From Candidatus Aldehydirespirator sp. (GTDB taxonomy: Bacteria; Actinomycetota; Acidimicrobiia; Acidimicrobiales; Aldehydirespiratoraceae), in the NCBI GenBank assembly GCA_965221185.1, contig OZ244866.1, forward strand, positions 1,289,992 through 1,353,991: a stretch of 64,000 nt of DNA, in the 5' to 3' direction. Shown piece after piece: positions 9,571 through 17,170 of this stretch. Every line of letters begins with the position of its first letter. The first letter of the stretch is position 1. Both the position numbers and the translations under genes were made by a program. Under the pieces are notes generated by a model. That model had not been told where the DNA came from, did not search any database, and worked only from the letters and a program-made list of their open reading frames with translations.

Positions 9571-10129
9571 GCAGCGCCGATTCTGGGGGATCCCTCGCGT
9601 TCAGCCGCGGACCCTCACACCCCCTACTGCCCCCTCATTTCCGAAGAGCCACTTTGGTTTCGTATCGGATGAGGTCCGGGCGGCGTCGGGGCCATTTGCA
9701 TGCCCGATGCAGAGGCACTGGGAGCACAAGGATCCCGAGTTAGTGGCCGATTGTGTGCAGGAATCGGTTTGCGTCGCGTTCCGAAACGAGACGAACGGAG
9801 GAATCACTTGTGTCGCAACTGGTTCCTAGGCGACGAGCCCATCCACCGACGACGCTCAATCGCATCTTGGGCCCAGTCATTGTGGCGGGAGGAGGCCCTC
9901 CACGATTGCCCATCGGATGAGTGGGCGACGGCCATCCCATAGGGTGCCCTTCGCCCGTCGGTGGCTGAGTGTCGAGGAGACGAAGTGTGGACTGCAACAG
10001 GGAGCGGATCCGGCCGGAGGGCAACCCGGATCGTGCTCAGGGAAGTCGGGCACTGGCACAGCTCAACTCGCCGACCTCAGCCAAACGATGGTAAGCCGGG
10101 TCGTCTGTCATTCCTAGTCGCCCCAATTC

Positions 10130-10783
10130 CTAGCTGATTGCCCTGACCTCGCTCTTGAGGCGCTTCACAGCTACAGGGGAGACGCCCAGATTGTGAACGA
10201 GCGTGGCCGCCGCGCCGCCGCCATAGAGTGCAACTGCGAGGGCTACGACGCACGATGGAGCGCTGCTGGCGTCGAGTGGGATTGCTGGCGTACTGCTTGG
10301 CAGCCACGCAGGGGTGGATGGGTGCTGTTGTCCTCCGTTCTGCTCGAAACTCGACGCGAGTTGCACGTGCCAGTAGTCGTGCCTTCCGCCCTCGCCCTCC
10401 GGAGACTCGAAGCGAAATCCAACGGATCTCAGTGGCTCATTCCGTTCTTCTTCTACAAAGACCAGCAGCAAGAGTCGAAATACTTCGAGAGTCTCGTTAG
10501 CTACAACCGAGAGATAGGGCAAGATGGGGTTTCCCTTAACAGCAGGCTTGAGTGGGATGAATGTGCTGGCGTTGTTCTCCTCAAAGAGATTCACGGGTGA
10601 CTTTCCGAATCTATCTTGGAGCTTTTGTCTCTTGGCGTCGTAGGGAATGGGAGTCCAGCCGTCCTTCTCCAAACGGGCTCGGAGCCGGGTGCGGACGGTT
10701 AACTCCTTTTGTGTCCCGTCCTTCTCGCCGTCTTCGGCAAGTTTGAGTAGGAGTTGCCCGATCAGGTGTCCATCGGACGACAT
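10130..10783 (-). CDS. hypothetical protein (217 aa), third gene of the GHKL-kinase/REC operon
   Basis: Clean ORF. ATG 10783 lies 3 nt after the TAG of the upstream gene. I recognise no motif (MSSDGHLIGQLLLKLAEDGEKDG...GGRHDYWHVQLASSF...). The DNA is visibly more A/T-rich than the window average. Confidence 0.6.
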   Translation of the reverse strand: MSSDGHLIGQLLLKLAEDGEKDGTQKELTVRTRLRARLEKDGWTPIPYDAKRQKLQDRFGKSPVNLFEENNASTFIPLKPAVKGNPILPYLSVVANETLEVFRLLLLVFVEEERNEPLRSVGFRFESPEGEGGRHDYWHVQLASSFEQNGGQQHPSTPAWLPSSTPAIPLDASSAPSCVVALAVALYGGGAAATLVHNLGVSPVAVKRLKSEVRAIS

Positions 10784-10786
10784 CGA

Positions 10787-11776
10787 CTATTCGGCCAACA
10801 GGGTTCTCGGAGACCGTACGACGCGAGTGGGATCACACGGTTCCCATTCCACGCCGTTAGCCTCAGCGCGTTCTCTCTCATCCCGAAGCAGGCTCGTGAC
10901 TGGTGGCTCTTCGGTTGCAAGCACGAATCTGACGTCCTGCATGGACGGAACTTGGGATGCGAATGCTAGGGCCGCGTCTCTCTCGATGAATCGAGAGAGA
11001 TCCTCAAGGAACACCACTGGCGGAGGGTCGTGCCCCCAAGGGTCACTCACCTCCGGGATGCCTGGGTTCTTGCTGACACTTGACCACGACCAGAGGGCAC
11101 GGTCGCTCCAGGGACCCAAGTCAATCATCGAGTCGGAAACGCGTGTGAAGTCGAGGCCGATCTCGGTGAGTTCAGACGTGAGCTTGGCCGTCCTATTCCA
11201 GCCTGCAATGTCATTCTCTCTCGTTACCAGGCTTGAGAAACGCGAAACGAGATGAGGCGCATCGATGAAGGGCTCTTGTGCAGGAAGCACAAGACTCTTC
11301 AGCCATCGGCTGATGCGGGCCGCACCCACTCGAGGAATCTGCGAGTCATCGAGAGAGTCCTTTGGCCGTATCCCTAAGGTACTCCCAGACGTGACAGCCT
11401 CACGAAACGTAACTGCTTGCAGTTTCTCCAGAGAGCCCTTGTTCACGAGGGCCTCAACCGCTCGCTGTGAGAGCCAATCGCCAAGGTCGTTGAGTTTGAG
11501 AGTCTCAAGCACCGGCTCGTCTAGGCGCTCTCTGACAATCTCAACCCGAGCATGGAAGGATGCGACCTCGCGCGGCAAGATGGGCCATGCCCAAGGCCGG
11601 TACCCGATGAAGTTGTCGCTCCACAAACCAGGGTTACCGAGGTGCGTCGACGATATTCGTAGATCCGCAAAGTGGTCTATAGGTGTTTCCAAGCGAAGTT
11701 CGAAGGTGGGACTCCCGACGACTTCCCCTTCATTCATGACCACAATCAGCCCACACGGTGAGTAGCAGCGGACTAG
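10787..11776 (-). pseudogene. REC-effector gene, 3' part (rest of the receiver domain plus unknown ~300-aa domain), separated from its 5' part by an IS
   Basis: This is the lower part of the chimeric 592-aa track ORF. It reads L-VRCYSPCGLIVVMNEGEVVGSPTFELRLE... through to ...SPRTLLAE*. It shares its frame with 13675..13974 once 1898 bp are removed (see findings). Confidence 0.7.
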
Positions 11777-11812
11777 GAGACTGTTGAGTAATTCGGTCCG
11801 GGGTGCTCGCGT

Positions 11813-13501
11813 TTGTGGTGGTGGGGTGGGAGAATGGGGGTCATGCAGGGAACTGAGGGACCGGATCGGGTGCTGTTGGACGCGTTGGGCCTGTGTGGGG
11901 GTCTGGTGCGTGAGGGGTCGCTGTATCGGTTCTTGGCCGAGAACCGGCTGCGGCTGTTCCCTGATGAGATGTTCGCGGATCTCTTCGGGCCTCGGGGCCG
12001 GCCGTCGGTGCCGGGTTCGGTGGTGGCGACGGTGATGGTCCTGCAGGCCTTGGAGGGGTGCTCTGACCGTGAGGCGGCCGAGCGGCTGCGGTGTGATCTG
12101 CGCTGGAAGGCCGCGGCGGGTCTGGCCGTGGACGATGAGGGGTTCCACTACAGCGTGCTGGCGCTGTGGCGCCAGCGGCTGCGCGCGAGCGGGCGCCCGG
12201 AGCGGGTCTTCGACGCGGTGCGCGAGCTGGCCGCGGCCTGCGGGGCGCTGTCGAAGAGCCGCCGCCGGGCGCTTGACTCCACGGTGCTGTTTGACGCGGT
12301 GGCGACCCAGGACACCTACACGATGATCGCGGCTGCGATCAGGCGCTGCCGCCGACTCATCGGCGAGGCCGCTGATCTGGAGCTGATGCGCGACTACCGC
12401 GTTGGGGCCAAGCCGTCGTGTGTGTGGTCTGATCGCGATGAGCGGGCCTGGCTCGTCGACGAGTTGGTCACCGACGCCCAGGCGGTTCTCAAAGCAGTGG
12501 AGGGCCTCGAGCTCACAGGCGAACAAGCCGACGCGGCGGCGCTCTTGGCCGCGGTGGCCGGCCAAGACGTCGAGCCGGACCCGAAGGTGCCGGGACGCTG
12601 GCGCATCGCGCGCCGCGTCGCTGAGGGCCGCATCATCTCAACAGCAGACCCCGAGGCCCGCCACGCCCGCAAGACCCGCTCTGTGCGCCGCGACGGCTAC
12701 AAGGCCCACATCGTCGCAGAGCCCGAAACCGGCATCATCACCGCCGCAGAACTCACCCCAGCAGACGCCTCAGACGCCAAAGTCGGCGCCCGGCTCCTCA
12801 CCACCGACACCACCGCCACCACCGCCACCGACGACACCGCCACCGACGACACCGACGACGACACCGACACCGACGACGACACCGACACCACCGACACCGA
12901 CACCGACGACACCGACACCACCGACACCGACGACGGCGCCGAGCCTGGGGGCAGGCTGGTGCTGGCGGACTCCGCGTACGCGTCGGGCGAGGCGCTCGAG
13001 GCCTTCACCGGCGCCGGATGGGACACCGCGATCAAGCCCATCGAACCCACCGCGCGCATCGCCGGGGGCTTGACCCGAGACGACTTCGACATCGACGCCG
13101 GCGCACAGACCGTGACCTGCCCCGCAGGACACACCAGGCCCGTCACCTCGGGCGCGGCGCGCTTCGGCAAGCTGTGCGCGGCGTGCCCGCTGCGGGCGCG
13201 CTGCACCACCTCTGAGCGGGGTCGCAGCGTCACCGTCGACGCCCACCACGCCCACCGCGAGGCCAACAGGGGCCGCTGGAGGCGCGCCGGCACCCAGGCC
13301 GCGTACCGCCGGCACCGGCCCATGGCCGAGCGAAGCATCGCCTGGCTCACCCGAGGCAAAGCCAGACGCGTCCCCTACCGCGGCGTCGCCGCCAACAACC
13401 TCTGGCTCACCACCAGAGCCGCCGCAGTCAACCTCGCGCGTCTCACCAACCTCGGCCTCACCCACAACGGAACCGGATTCGCCCTGCCAACCCCCGCCTG
13501 A
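11813..13501 (+). CDS. IS1182-family DDE transposase
   Basis: Track ORF 562 aa with an InsH-like N-terminus (LYRFLAENRLRLFPDEMFADLF...PSVPGSVVATVMVLQALEGCSDREAAERLRCDLRWK). It also has ALDSTVLFDAV, DGYKAHIV, LADSAYASGEA and a C-terminal Cys cluster (CPAGH...CAACPLRARC). It contains an unusual T/D-rich insert. Confidence 0.85.
   Translation: MWWWGGRMGVMQGTEGPDRVLLDALGLCGGLVREGSLYRFLAENRLRLFPDEMFADLFGPRGRPSVPGSVVATVMVLQALEGCSDREAAERLRCDLRWKAAAGLAVDDEGFHYSVLALWRQRLRASGRPERVFDAVRELAAACGALSKSRRRALDSTVLFDAVATQDTYTMIAAAIRRCRRLIGEAADLELMRDYRVGAKPSCVWSDRDERAWLVDELVTDAQAVLKAVEGLELTGEQADAAALLAAVAGQDVEPDPKVPGRWRIARRVAEGRIISTADPEARHARKTRSVRRDGYKAHIVAEPETGIITAAELTPADASDAKVGARLLTTDTTATTATDDTATDDTDDDTDTDDDTDTTDTDTDDTDTTDTDDGAEPGGRLVLADSAYASGEALEAFTGAGWDTAIKPIEPTARIAGGLTRDDFDIDAGAQTVTCPAGHTRPVTSGAARFGKLCAACPLRARCTTSERGRSVTVDAHHAHREANRGRWRRAGTQAAYRRHRPMAERSIAWLTRGKARRVPYRGVAANNLWLTTRAAAVNLARLTNLGLTHNGTGFALPTPA
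12799..12933 (+). repeat. imperfect ACC/GAC hexanucleotide-type microsatellite inside the transposase gene
   Basis: caccaccgacaccaccgccaccaccgccaccgacgacaccgccaccgacgacaccgacgacgacaccgacaccgacgacgacaccgacaccaccgacaccgacaccgacgacaccgacaccaccgacaccgacgac encodes TTDTTATTATDDTATDDTDDDTDTDDDTDTTDTDTDDTDTTDTDD. Confidence 0.9.
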
Positions 13502-13674
13502 CACCCCCACCGGAGCCCGACTCGCCCCGCCAACCCCCGCCTGACACCCCCACCGCAACCCGACCCTGCCCAACGCGCACACCCCGCACCAAAAGGAACC
13601 CGGCAGCCAACACCGCGCAGCCACACGACCGCCACACCGCGGCCGGCAACCCCACTTGCTCAACAGTCTCCTAG

Positions 13675-13974
13675 GTAGGCAAGTTCCTGTCCCGTGGTGT
13701 AGCTGTTCGTAGCCACGTCGAGCAAGTCGTAGTCGAGAAAGACGATGTCGGCTTCGTCGAAGAAGATGGAGCGATCATCCATCGAAGGCGTGCCCGGCTC
13801 TCGTAGGGTTCGTTGCCTCCGGGTGAGCACCTCCAGCGCGGTGCTCAGTTCAGCTGGCGACGGTGCCTTTACCTCGGCGTCTTCTCCGAGGAGGTCTCTA
13901 ATGACGCTTGCCCACTCGGAAGCTGCGTCGATGTCGTCGTCGCAGACGACGATCTTGAGTTTCTCCTGGCTCAC
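13675..13974 (-). pseudogene. REC-effector gene, 5' part (first ~100 codons of a receiver-like domain)
   Basis: GTG 13974 overlaps the kinase stop (GTGA) and has AAGGAG 5 nt upstream. The product is VSQEKLKIVVCDDDIDAASEWASVIRDLLG...ADIVFLDYDLLDVATNSYTTGQELAY. It has an acidic DDD after beta1 and an LDYD phospho-acceptor-like Asp. The track ORF then ends 3 codons into the IS inverted repeat (L-GDC*). Confidence 0.7.
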
Positions 13975-16241
13975 AAACTCTCCTTCCATTGCAGTTTCAC
14001 GGCAGTGGCAAACGGTGGGTCGGGTTCGGCGAACCGAACATCCGCGTTGGCGTCGTTGGCAATCATCCTGACGATCGTGAGGCCTAGCCCTGTCCCGCCT
14101 GCAGCGAGGGCACGACGCGATGCAGGAATCTCAAGATGCCTCGTGAAGGGTTCGAACAGGGACTCAGCCTTTGCAAAATCGACGCCGACTCCCGTGTCCT
14201 GAATGCGGACGACGCTTCGGTTACCATGAGCGGAATAGTCCACCGCGATGCGCCCCGGTTCGCCCTTTGCGATGATGGCATTTGCGGCGTTCACGAAGAG
14301 ATTCTGAAAGAGTGCAATCCAGCCGGCGTACATGCCCCGAGGGAGACGAGCCACGTCAGGAATGGCTGAGAACTCCAACGGGATGCCGCGTGTCAGATAG
14401 CGGGCTCCCTCACCGGCATCGCGCAAGACACTCACAAGCTTGTACCGCGACGTTTCGCCGTGTGGTTCCGCCTCCGAGAGGTGCCTCACCAGTGAACGGA
14501 TTCCACGCGCACGGATGACCCACTGGTCGATGTCGGCGGCGATCTGTTCTAGCTCGGCCGAGGCTTGCGGAGACTCTGTTGCTATTCGGCGGAGCCTCTT
14601 GGCAATACGCTCCACCCCGGCAATCTGTTTCGATACCTCATGGTCATATACAAGCGTCACGCTCCCGGCGGACGCGAAGGCTGCAAGCTGACTAGCAAGA
14701 TCCTGCTGCAGTTGCGCTTGCCGCCGCGCATCCTGGACCGCGCCACCAATGGCCACCTCTAGTTCTGAGTAGGCCTCCGGCGGTATTTCAGCTTCGTAGT
14801 GCGCCAAAATCTCAAGTGCCGAATCGACGGCTTCGCTTGGCGACTGGACATCCCGTAATCGCGATATGTCTTCGAAGCGATGCCTTGCCTGCTCGGTTGC
14901 GTAGTGCTCAAGTGCCCGGACGACGACGTATCGCAGTTGCTCGAACGCTCGGTTCCGCACGAGGCGATCACGCGAGACCTGCAGTTGGAGGTGGTCCGAG
15001 TATTCAGCGGCACCGACAGACGGATCCGAGCGGCGCGCGGCCCTTCTTTCTCTGGACGTGTCAACGTGCACAGCGCCGAAGACCCGAGAGTTGGTCGGTA
15101 GATACGTCGCAGCCGCGCTCACACGCAGCGCGGGGGGAAGCCACCTAGTAGTGTCGAGACGATGTGAGTGAGCAATCTCCAGTCCCAGCCAGTCGGCCTC
15201 CGGGCCGGAGAATGGAATGCGAAAGCCCCCGTCATACACGTGGACTCCCCCATGTTCTTGGAGGTAGTCGCGAGCTTCCTTAACCTTGATGCCGAAGCGC
15301 TGTTTGTTTCTCAGGTCGAAGATACGGATCTCGAACTGGCAACCGTCTATGAGAGACTCGCTTCCCAAGTCAATACCCGTCTCGCCGGAGAGTCGGCTCG
15401 CCTCTTCGGTGCTGGGAGGCAGGTCGTACTCCTCTCTGGATGTCCGACTGCCCTGGAACTCGATCACAAGACGGGTCAAACTGCGTCGAGGTTCTTCGCC
15501 AACAGTCGTCACCACGCCCTGAATTCGAGCCATCCAGAGGTCAAGAACACGTCGAAGCTGAGTCTCGAAGGCCTCTTGGGCTGGTCGGTCGGCTTCCAAG
15601 CGCACGTCGAACGAATCCTCGGGCTTGGCTTGTCGGACCAATGCGTCTGAGAAGGGTGGCCGAAGAAACCAGATCTCGCGTGCGAGCTTCTCGAAGTCAG
15701 TGCGCTCCCATGTCTGATTCAGGCCTTCAATCGAGATGGTGGTTCCCGAAGGCGACCCGCCGGGATAGCTAGCTGTGGGTGCCCCCATCTCGTAGAGCGC
15801 GGTTGCACTTGTCAGATCGCCGGCCTGAACCGCGTCCCTCCAGTCGACCGTTGCGGTGAGTTGCTCCAGAGGCTTGCTCGCCGAAGTAGTGCGCATCTCA
15901 AGTCGATTCCCAAGGAACTGGACTGCAAGACGCCCTACGCCCTTCGACCCCGTGAGGGGGCGTCGCAGGCCGCGAGAGAACTCCTCTCCGGCCTTGTGCT
16001 GCGAGCCGACGCGCATCCAGCGGTCCCGGAATTCCCCGTAGTCCATACCGTGACCGTCGTCTAAGACGTCGATCCGGTCCTCCTCGAACTTGATGTCGAC
16101 ATGGCTCGCGTCGGCGTCGTAACTGTTCTTTATGAGCTCTGCCAAGGCGATGTACGGAGCTCCTACTAACCTCTCACCGAGCTCCTGGAGCAGCGCCGAG
16201 TCGACACTGAAGCGCTCGCGATACTTACTAGCCACGGTCAT
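13971..16241 (-). CDS. hybrid ATPase: N-terminal MORC/HSP90-type GHKL domain plus C-terminal histidine-kinase core (DHp H-box and HATPase_c)
   Basis: The start was chosen at ATG 16241 (MTVASKYRERFSVDS...). The N-terminal Bergerat motifs are LAELIKNSYDADA, VLDDGHGM and TGSKGVGRLA. The H-box-like motif is LVYDHEVSKQIAGVERI. The C-terminal kinase ATPase motifs are LFQNLFVNAANAI (N box), IQDTGVGV (G1), FEPF (F) and GGTGLGLTIV (G2). Confidence 0.75.
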   Translation of the reverse strand: MTVASKYRERFSVDSALLQELGERLVGAPYIALAELIKNSYDADASHVDIKFEEDRIDVLDDGHGMDYGEFRDRWMRVGSQHKAGEEFSRGLRRPLTGSKGVGRLAVQFLGNRLEMRTTSASKPLEQLTATVDWRDAVQAGDLTSATALYEMGAPTASYPGGSPSGTTISIEGLNQTWERTDFEKLAREIWFLRPPFSDALVRQAKPEDSFDVRLEADRPAQEAFETQLRRVLDLWMARIQGVVTTVGEEPRRSLTRLVIEFQGSRTSREEYDLPPSTEEASRLSGETGIDLGSESLIDGCQFEIRIFDLRNKQRFGIKVKEARDYLQEHGGVHVYDGGFRIPFSGPEADWLGLEIAHSHRLDTTRWLPPALRVSAAATYLPTNSRVFGAVHVDTSRERRAARRSDPSVGAAEYSDHLQLQVSRDRLVRNRAFEQLRYVVVRALEHYATEQARHRFEDISRLRDVQSPSEAVDSALEILAHYEAEIPPEAYSELEVAIGGAVQDARRQAQLQQDLASQLAAFASAGSVTLVYDHEVSKQIAGVERIAKRLRRIATESPQASAELEQIAADIDQWVIRARGIRSLVRHLSEAEPHGETSRYKLVSVLRDAGEGARYLTRGIPLEFSAIPDVARLPRGMYAGWIALFQNLFVNAANAIIAKGEPGRIAVDYSAHGNRSVVRIQDTGVGVDFAKAESLFEPFTRHLEIPASRRALAAGGTGLGLTIVRMIANDANADVRFAEPDPPFATAVKLQWKESL

Positions 16242-16401
16242 CACCTCGTGCCGCTCCGCCTCTTCGCAACGGCGGTAGTTCCAGCATCGCGAGTCGACTC
16301 GGCAAACGCGCGGTCCGTGAGCCGGGGTTCCCACCCACGAGCGTTCCCGATTCCTGTGACAAGATAGCGAATCCTATCCAGACGAGACACATGCCAAGGG
16401 C

Positions 16402-17169
16402 TCAGATCAGCCTCGGCAAGGACGTCGAAGTTCCGATCTCGCGATAGATGTCTAGAACTTGCTCCACCACCTGGATACCGGGACCGCGAACCAGGACGCC
16501 GAGTTCGAGATTGTGTCCGGCGAGGCCCGCTCGTGTGATGTTCGCGCTGCCGATGTAGGCGACCGACGCGTCGGCCGTCAGGACCTTCAGGTGTGCCCAC
16601 GGTGCATCAGAACGGAATCGCGACATCCGGAGATGATCGATGGATCCGTCACGGATGATCGCTTTCTCAAGATCGTCAAGTGCGTCGTTGGCATCAGGGG
16701 AGCGAGTAGGCAGCAAGATCTCAAGTATCACCCCTCGCGCAGTTGCCGTCGCAAGGGGTTCGCAGAGAAACGATAGCCCTGGGCGGTTGATGAACGGGGT
16801 GGCGAGCCTCAGAGTTGTTGTGGCCTCAACGACGAGTTGGACCATGGTCTCGCCGGTTGTTCGGTTGAGGCCAGAGGGCAGGTCCGTTCCCGCGGGCAGG
16901 GACGCGACCAGGTCCCATGGTTCTTGCGCAGTTACGGATCTTCGTCCGAGGACCCATGCCGCTCCCTGTTGACACGCGGTGACGACTCGGTCCGGGTCGT
17001 CGCCGAGGCGGGCACACAGAACCTCTACTAGTTCGGGGGCTAAGCCGGCTTGAGCAGCTGCGCCGGGATCGGGTCGGGGCGCGAGTAGCAGGCCGGTTAG
17101 TTGGTCCGCAGCGTCGCGGGGGTCGGGTGCGGCGTCGAGGACTCCGCCGACTAGCTCGGCGTCGTCCAT
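16402..17169 (-). CDS. drmC: phospholipase-D/Nuc-family nuclease, DrmC-like
   Basis: It has a single HKD motif, HLKVLTADASVAYIGSANITRAGL. The start is ATG 17169, 1 nt after the DrmB-like stop. The symbol is tentative. Confidence 0.7.
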   Translation of the reverse strand: MDDAELVGGVLDAAPDPRDAADQLTGLLLAPRPDPGAAAQAGLAPELVEVLCARLGDDPDRVVTACQQGAAWVLGRRSVTAQEPWDLVASLPAGTDLPSGLNRTTGETMVQLVVEATTTLRLATPFINRPGLSFLCEPLATATARGVILEILLPTRSPDANDALDDLEKAIIRDGSIDHLRMSRFRSDAPWAHLKVLTADASVAYIGSANITRAGLAGHNLELGVLVRGPGIQVVEQVLDIYREIGTSTSLPRLI

Positions 17170-17170
17170 A

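Larger units (their letters stand above)
4583..9650 (-). mobile_element. ISL3-family insertion sequence carrying a nested insertion
   Basis: The terminal inverted repeats are GGCTCTTCGGATTTCAG... at 4583 and ...CATTTCCGAAGAGCC ending at 9650 (reverse complement GGCTCTTCGGAAATG). The flanking 8-mers ACTGTGGC and ACTTTGGT match at 6 of 8 positions, a possible decayed target duplication. The transposase is present in two pieces. Confidence 0.8.
11773..13674 (+). mobile_element. IS1182-family (IS5-like DDE) insertion sequence
   Basis: There are perfect 16-bp terminal inverted repeats, CTAGGAGACTGTTGAG at 11773-11788 and CTCAACAGTCTCCTAG at 13659-13674. The outermost CTAG (or the TA within it) is probably the duplicated target. 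It carries a single transposase ORF. Confidence 0.85.

Noticed and set aside
4575-9658. The 8-bp flanks ACTGTGGC / ACTTTGGT as an ISL3 target-site duplication
   Set aside because: Only 6 of 8 positions match and the flanks do not reconstitute an ORF. This is suggestive but not enough to claim a simple insertion.
9651-10130. A search for the missing Walker-A N-terminus of the OLD-like ATPase, or for a structured RNA, in the 480-bp ORF-free stretch right of the ISL3 element
   Set aside because: Joining the flanks across the ISL3 (with or without the 8-bp flank) puts the ATPase frame into MIPPFVSFRNATQTD...SSDTKPK, which has no P-loop. No frame shows GxxxxGK[ST]. I also could not match the stretch to tmRNA, SRP RNA, RNase P or a riboswitch by eye. 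It is left unassigned.
10787-12565. The 592-aa track ORF considered as a single gene
   Set aside because: The part above 11776 is antisense to the IS1182 transposase and is R/P/H-rich junk. Only 10787-11776 is credible, as the 3' part of the split REC-effector gene.
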